A stretch of DNA of 64,000 nucleotides, taken from NCBI RefSeq assembly GCF_006345805.1, contig NC_042998.1, positions 191,084,001 through 191,148,000 on the forward strand, read 5' to 3'. Position numbers and translations under genes: made by a program. Below are positions 56,276 to 64,000 of this stretch, piece after piece. Each line of letters starts with the position of its first letter. Positions within the stretch are counted from its first letter, which is position 1. A model generated the notes under the pieces. The model did no database searches and was not told the DNA's origin. It saw only the letters and a list, made by a program, of their open reading frames with translations. The stretch comes from Octopus sinensis (Eukaryota).

Positions 56276-56588
56276 CCACCACGTGACCACGTGACAGACC
56301 AGGCTATCAGATGTTGCTACACATCGGTGATCACAATGCGCTTCGCATTGTTTTAGCCTTCAAATGACGCCACCCCTCTGGCTAAGCGAGCAGGCCAACA
56401 GAAGAAAGAGTGAGAGAAAGTTGTGGCGAAAGAGTACTGCAGGGATCGCCACCACCCCCTGCCGGAGCCTCGTGAAGCTTTAGGTGTTTTGACTCAATAA
56501 ACACTCATAACGCCCGGTCTGGGAATCGAAACAGCGATCCTACAACCGCGAGTCCGCTGCCCTAACCACTGGGCCATTGCGCCTCCAC
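56276..56588 (-). mobile_element. Full-length tRNA-derived SINE (same family as 30462-30764)
   Basis: Collinear over its length with 30462-30764; A and B boxes present; short CCACGTGA tandem at the 3' end; sits between (TA)n and (CA)n. Confidence 0.92.
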
Positions 56589-57356
56589 ACACACACACAC
56601 ACACACATATATATACATCTTTTGCAACATTCATAAAGACTATATATTCATGTTTACTTCGCTTTCTATGTAATTATCTTGAAATTATGCATACGCCAAT
56701 ATGGATATGTGTCACTATGTTCGTATTTGTGCGTGAAACTCTTTTCCTCTGTACTAATAATTTTGTTTTCTCACTGTTTACACTTCAATTCCTCATCCAA
56801 TCACATTTATATTAATTAATATTGCTGTTAATTAATTGAAGCCTATTGGAATTGCAGAAACGTAGAATTCCGAACCAAATGCTTTGAATTATTTATTTCT
56901 GTCTCTCTTTCATGTGAATGTATACGCGTGTTTATATGTATAAAATATGTTTATAACCATATGCGTGCACGTTCGCGTGTCTTTCAGTGCATACGAAGCG
57001 ACGGTAAAAACAAATTGCAAGGTGTTATAATAAATGGATTCCTGTTTATTATTTTACGTTATGCTACATTTTATGTCATCTCTCGTTTATTTATATATTT
57101 TTACTGATGCTATACTACGTGTCTGAGTAAATTACCATATAAAGTTACTGATAGTGAAAATTATTCCACTCCAAGCTATATTTTTACTAAATCCATCAAC
57201 TCCTTGACAAGTGTAGCTGTCTTTTATATTGTTTATAAAGGGTGTATTAACTCTGCAATCCCATTAGTGTTAAGTCTCTTACTTGAAGAAAGACCATTTA
57301 ATTGCTATTTCCCCAATAAAACCGATTTTAAGTGAATCAATCTATTAACTCTACAG

Positions 57357-57485
57357 GATTGATGAGTTTGTTACATTTCATCGTAGGGGCAGTGCCAATG
57401 ACCTTTACAGGCGCTTTTAGACGGGTGAGATTGATGTGACAGATGCTCCGATGGAACAACCTATAGTCAGTGCTAGGAGCGTGCC
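57357..57485 (+). other. Candidate 129-nt exon with one in-frame TAG
   Basis: TATTAACTCTACAG|G...GTGCC|GTAAGT; frame IDEFVTFHRRGSANDLYRRF*TGEIDVTDAPMEQPIVSARSV. Confidence 0.25.
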
Positions 57486-58590
57486 GTAAGTCATGCTGGT
57501 TGGCAAATTTTGTCGATAACGGTTTATACACTACGACCTTTTTTTTTGTTTTCGGCAAGCTATGCTTTCCCTTTTGCCATTCTTTTAAATTTTGTTACCA
57601 ACAATTTATATACGAAAGCCTTTGTCATCGGCCTTTATTATACGAAAAGACACTAAGTAAAAATGGATGACTACTTTAGAATTATGTTAAAATAATATTA
57701 AAAATAATATACATGCTCAGATATATGAGGAGTGTCAATATATTTTATACTAGCTCTGTTTTCATTTAATGTATTCAGTACGCGTGTACCTTTCGCTATA
57801 AAACATATATCAACAATAACTCATTCTGCTTCAATCATTGAATAAAGCCGGGAGAGAATAGAATACATCCTCAATCAACAATGAATTTAGATAAATTGTT
57901 AAATACAAATAATAACTAAAAATATGAGGAATTTTAGAACGACATTCCAAATCAATATGACAGTATGGATATATTAAAAATCCTCAAATATTTTTACGGA
58001 ATTTTTACTCCTTTTACATTTGAACACTCTGCGCCACAGAGGCAATCGTCACATTCTATAGGTCGCCAGTTTTCGGTAAGTATAGTCCTGACAGGATGAC
58101 ACATCCTATACAAACTTTATATCTGAGCAAATGAACAAGGAATTGTCGCTCCTAAGCTACAGAAAAAGGGTAACATATGATTTAAACTCAAGATAGGAAA
58201 ACTATGACTGCAATAATTTATGCACGGTCTCTATACTAAAAGAATTCGTCTCTTTCACTGTTTAAAGTTTTTTCTCTCTTTCCCTCATTCGTTCCTTCTA
58301 CCCTATCTCTCTCGTAATGTGTGCGTAGATGTCTTCGTGCACACACATACATACTTATATATATATATATATATATATATTCAAATATATATACATACAT
58401 ATATATATATATACATATATATATATGCATGTATTTATATCTGTATACACATACATATATATGTATGCATACACACTATTATTCATATATATATATATAT
58501 AAACATACATATATTAATGGATGCCCACTACTATTTAGTGCTCATCTTAGTGTAAATATATATATATTTAATATATATATTCAAATATAT

Positions 58591-58650
<60 letters not shown>

Positions 58651-58651
58651 C

Positions 58652-58749
<98 letters not shown>

Positions 58750-60027
58750 TATATGTAAATGTACGAACATGCGTACGTGGGCACACACGCATACTCTCAC
58801 CCTCACATACACACACACACGCATATACACACACATGCGAGTACATCAAACGGTGTAAATTGTTTCCATCTGTTTAAAATTGCGGTATCATTTGTACCGA
58901 AGGATTATGAACGTTTTCAGTTTTTGGCTAACTTTACGTTGTTTTCTTTGATGTTTGTCCAAGTAAATCAAGAATAAACCTCACTCTTTATTTCTCTATC
59001 TTCTATAAAACTTATCTCTGCAAACTCTGTAAATAGCTTATGAATTACGTGGTTTATTGATGATCGGATTGTGCACGCTGAAAAACAAAATCGATTGATT
59101 TATAAGGTAAGGGTGTGGAAGGAGAACTCTCATCATTTGTTTTTTTATCATTTTTAGTTCCTGTTATCAATTAGACAGAAGAGATAAGAGAGTACCATTG
59201 ATTGCAACTTTTTCTGACAGGCTTTCACTGAGTCTCAAATAAACTGCAGGATTATTACAAAATTAGCTGCTACCTTTGACTAAAGAAAACAACTTAGATT
59301 AATTTATCAGATTATTGTATAGATTCAGGTACGCTAATTTTGCTTTGAATATTGATACTGTTTTCATAGTATAAACACATTTATATACTACCATATCATA
59401 TACACATAAATACATCCATGCGGCCTGACATACACATGCATATGCTATTTGTCGTTATATGATTTTGTGAGTATATCACGTGGAATATTCTAGATATCAT
59501 TAATAGCATTTTATCTATACGAGATCATCGGCCTATCGAAATAGGAGCATCTTGGTCAGCTATATCTCTAGACACTTGAAAAAGATATGTGTGGTTCTTT
59601 CTGTCTCTCTCTCTATTTCGTCTCTCTTCCTGTCTCTCTTTCTCTCACCCTTCCACTGTATGTATGTATGTATGTATGTATGTATGTATGTATGCATGCA
59701 TGTAAAATAAAAAATGGGACAAGAGCAGCGTACGTACACCTTGTTCTCTTATGTATATATATATATATATATATATAAGGGGAAACCACTATGTGGACAC
59801 CCTAATATGGTTTCCCCCTAATATATATATTATACAGTTTTACTGAACCATCAGTTTTTTTAAGCTAGACCACTGGTGTGAAATCGATGTTAATTAAATT
59901 AATATCTAATTTCTCACCCTTATTTTAAATTTATATATATATATATATGTATGTATATATATGTGTGTGTATCACTGAATGGGCTCATGTCTACATGTGG
60001 GTGAGTGTGCGTGTGTATGTGTATGCA

Positions 60028-60059
<32 letters not shown>

Positions 60060-60603
60060 AGAGAGCGAGAGAGAGGATGACAGAAATAGATATTTACATC
60101 TATACTTGCTTTATGTTCTCTTAACGGCTTTGTTATTCACGTTTAGCATATAGACATACGTCGCACTTCTGAATGTCGTTGAGTACTTTTGAGATTTAAT
60201 ACATGGTGTATTACATACGTGTATCTGTAAGTAACACACATACACATATATACATACACATACACACGCACATACACACATACATACATACATACATACA
60301 TACATACATACATACATACATACATACATACATACATACATACATACGTACATGCATACATGCAATCTCTTACTTCTTTGTAACCAGTTAGACATGTTTT
60401 GTCTTTAGTCTAAGTGTTCACTTTTTAGGTATGATTCTGTATGGCATATGTGTATGTGCATGTATGCGTATGCTTGTATGAATGCGTCTGTGTGTACGTA
60501 CACGCCATGACATCATATTCATCAATGTCAAGACTAGAACCGCTTAAATTTGTCGATGTTATGTCACATTAGTGAACTACAGAAACAAATTATATTAATA
60601 TTT

Positions 60604-60644
<41 letters not shown>

Positions 60645-60721
60645 TATTTATTTATCTAGCTCTCTGAATGTCTATCTATCTGTCTGTCCGTTTATCTCTC
60701 TCTCTCTCCTACATTATGTAG

Positions 60722-60783
<62 letters not shown>

Positions 60784-60791
60784 TATATATA

Positions 60792-60852
<61 letters not shown>

Positions 60853-61496
60853 TATAAACACCCACGCGAACAAAAAAATATACACTCATAGCTGAGTTTA
60901 AACATTTTTGTCAAGTTATTATTATACTTAAATGTTGATGTGGAAAAATGTTTAGGAAGAAAATATATGTAAAATGATGCAGTTTAATTTTGGAATTGTG
61001 AAAGAGGTTTTGAAAGCTGATTGAATTTTTCTCTTTTAGAAACTTTTCTTTCTTCTCGTGTATTTTTAGTTTTTATTTCATTCGACATTCCATATATAAA
61101 AAGTGATGACTTGTCTATATTTGTTTATCGCCTAATGATAAGAAAACGGAAGAAACTAATGTCTGATAGCCGGTAAGATAAAAAAAACCATGGCCAAATA
61201 ATATTCACTCAAGTGAAACAATTAGAACGAGAAAGAATGAAGAGTGAGTTGGGGTTAGAAAGCTAGAGTGAAAGAGGGAGACAGTCTGGGTATGGGAGGG
61301 CAGATGGACTGGAAGGCAAGCCGAGAGGTAGACAAACACAGATAAATAGTAGACAAAGTTGTCAATATTGCCGTTATAGTGTAATTATTTTTTCATCCAA
61401 ATCCAAGGTGCTGCTTTATAATGGTGAATCAATAGTTAGAACACATACTTATGGACGTACATATATACATAATGCACACATACATACATGCTCATA

Positions 61497-61528
<32 letters not shown>

Positions 61529-61582
61529 CATGCATACATACATACATATATATACATACATACACATACATACATACATACA

Positions 61583-61616
<34 letters not shown>

Positions 61617-62097
61617 CATACACACACATACATACATACATACATTTAGATAATATGGGGTTTTCAGAAAAAAACAGCCCAACACGTTAATTCATACACG
61701 GCAAATACAATTTGTAGGAGGAACAGTTTTCCCATAAATCAAAATCATAGATGCATACATACATACATACGTATATACATACATACATACATACATACAT
61801 GCATACATACATACATATATACATACATACGCACATATATACATACATATACACATGTGACGACAGATACGCTTAAAGACCTTGAAATGCTAGAATTCTT
61901 CCCCAAAAGAGAAGAACAGAATAATTCCCATAGATATATGTATTAATATATATGCACATTCATATGTGTGTATGTGTGTGCGAATGTGTGTGTGTGTGTG
62001 TGTGTAAGCATGGCTTGATATGAAAGATGTATCGTTTGAACGAACATGTAATTCGCTATCAAAAGTAAACATAAACTAGCACATAAACTAATATATA

Positions 62098-62523
62098 TTC
62101 TTTACTACCCACAATGGGCTAAAAACGGAGAGGACAAGCAAGGACAGACAAAGGGATTAAGTCGATTATATCGACCCCAGTGCGTAACTAGTACTTAATT
62201 TATCGACCCCGAAAGAATGAAAGGTAAAATCGTCCTGGGCGGAATTTGAACTCAGAACGTAACGGAAGACGAAATATCTATTTCTTTACTACACAAGGGG
62301 CAAAACACAGAGAGGACAAACAAGGACAAACAAAGACAGACAAAGGGATTAAGTCGATTATATCGACCCGACCCCAGTGAGTAACTGGTACTTAATTTAT
62401 CGACCCCGAAACGATGAAAGACAAAGTCAACCGCGGCGGAATTTGAACTCACAACGTAACGGCGGACGAAATACCGCTAAGCATTTCGCCCGACGTGCTA
62501 ACGTTTCTGCCAGCTCGCCGCCT
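62098..62523 (-). mobile_element. Dimeric tRNA-derived SINE (one head, body and tail duplicated; OK/Nin-domain-like)
   Basis: Head GGCGGCGAGCTGGCAGAAACGTTAGCACG, B box GAGTTCAAATTCC; body repeated at 62098-62276 and 62277-62472; 13-bp ACATAAACTAATA at 62081-62093 and 62529-62541 brackets the whole dimer. Confidence 0.9.
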
Positions 62524-64000
62524 TTAGTACATAAACTAATAGCCTGAAATTTGGATGAGGCTGATCAGTCCATTATCTTATGGCTTCGTGAGAAGAAGAA
62601 TACTTTTTTTTCTCTACGCAACCTGATTGATTATTACTATCTATTGTAAAACAAATGTGGTCTGTATCATTCACATAACAAATGCATGCACGAAAACTTG
62701 GTCGAATTAATAAATTAATAATGTACTACGCAAATGTTTTCGATCCTTTGAAATGTAGTGTATTCTGTTTAATACATATACAATTTATCTCCGCTCTGAT
62801 AATTGCTAATTCCACAGGGGATTTTTTCGTTTGTTTATCGTCTTCGGCAGAAACGGGATCAATGTCATGACTCCTTTCTAGTCTTGTTAAATCTCCATCA
62901 AACTAGTCGGTTCAGCTTTACTGTATCGGAGTTTGTACTCACCATGTAAGCTAGTTATCATTATAAGCTAATAATCTCCGCGAACAGAAAACTGATGGTT
63001 TGTCCATCCCCAATATGTCAGAAGATAGTCAGGTTTATCCTGTAAATTTCTATGGGGAGATAAAGAAAATGCTCTGTAATGTGGTTGCTTTGTGTACTTT
63101 AAATTATACATTTATTTAAAAAGCATATTGTGCATTTCAAATTATCCAATGATACGTCGTGCACTATTACTTAAGATGAGTGTGAGTGTATTATTTTGTA
63201 TGAGTGTATGTTTGTGTATTTGTATTCAAACAAATGTGCAAAAAGTATATAGTCCTTGTGAGTTTAAATTAACTTGCAAACCTTCACATTCTTATGAAGA
63301 CGGTCAGAGGATGAAGATATACAGCTTAACAGTATTCTAGAAAATTGGACGCTTGAATAGCTAGAAATACCAACCAAACCTCTTATCTCAAATCACACCC
63401 TACTGCCTTGAAAAATATAGGGCATATTGGAAGATCTAGTTTAAAGAGACAGGATGGCTACTGGTATTATATCCTTGATCGTATGTCAGCTACATCAGTG
63501 CTGACCTGTAGCTAAGCAACAAAAAAAAAAAAAAGGAAAAAGAAACTGTATTCGAAGATGATTCCCAAACAATTACAGAAATGCTGAACCATGCAAAGAG
63601 AGCTGACAGCAGAAAATCTCTTAAAGGAAATAATCCAGTGACGATGAAATGAATGATAAATCTATCATCGACCAACTATGCCAATAGACAAAGAAGTAAT
63701 CAGAGAGAAAAAAATAATCACATGAACGAGAGTTGATACTGGGGTGGGTGGGGGAATTGGGAAATCCATAATTTGCGGTATTAATCTTTGACTTACAGAT
63801 GTTGGCGGATTGACGAAAAAAAGGACACACTATCAAGAAGCTCGAAAGAGAATACTCGACTGAATTACTATTGAAGTGATGCTGCACTTACATATGCAAA
63901 GTGGTTGGAAAAGATTCATTCTGCATGAAATTATGAAATATATAGAGTTGTAGAAGACAGTATATTTCATGCAATAAAATGCTACTTTCTATTTAAAACA

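Overview
AT-rich, microsatellite-saturated eukaryotic non-coding DNA, most likely from an octopus (Octopus sp.). This is inferred from tRNA-headed SINE families resembling the octopus OR/OK types plus very dense (TA)n/(ATCT)n/(ACAT)n tracts; no database search was run. I cannot support any intact protein-coding gene: nearly all ORFs in the track are read-throughs of simple repeats. Recognisable content: seven tRNA-derived SINE copies plus one head fragment (three head families, several with target-site duplications), a mariner MITE, decayed mariner and DD37D/maT-like transposases, a CR1-type LINE 3' end and Penelope-like GIY-YIG remnants. The most interesting signal is a set of short repeats, next to (TA)n tracts and sometimes in inverted pairs, that fold as minimal Penelope-type hammerhead ribozymes with non-canonical cores. 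One is a 203-bp palindrome carrying two copies with a compensatory G3:C8 swap; another family has U at position 6. There are also (TA)n-centred inverted duplications, a SINE-containing 632-bp tandem array, a CCAAT-box cluster and a few low-confidence exon/microexon candidates. Interrupted TA tracts and indel-only repeat differences suggest some long-read consensus error. Ribozyme activity and exon calls are untested inferences.
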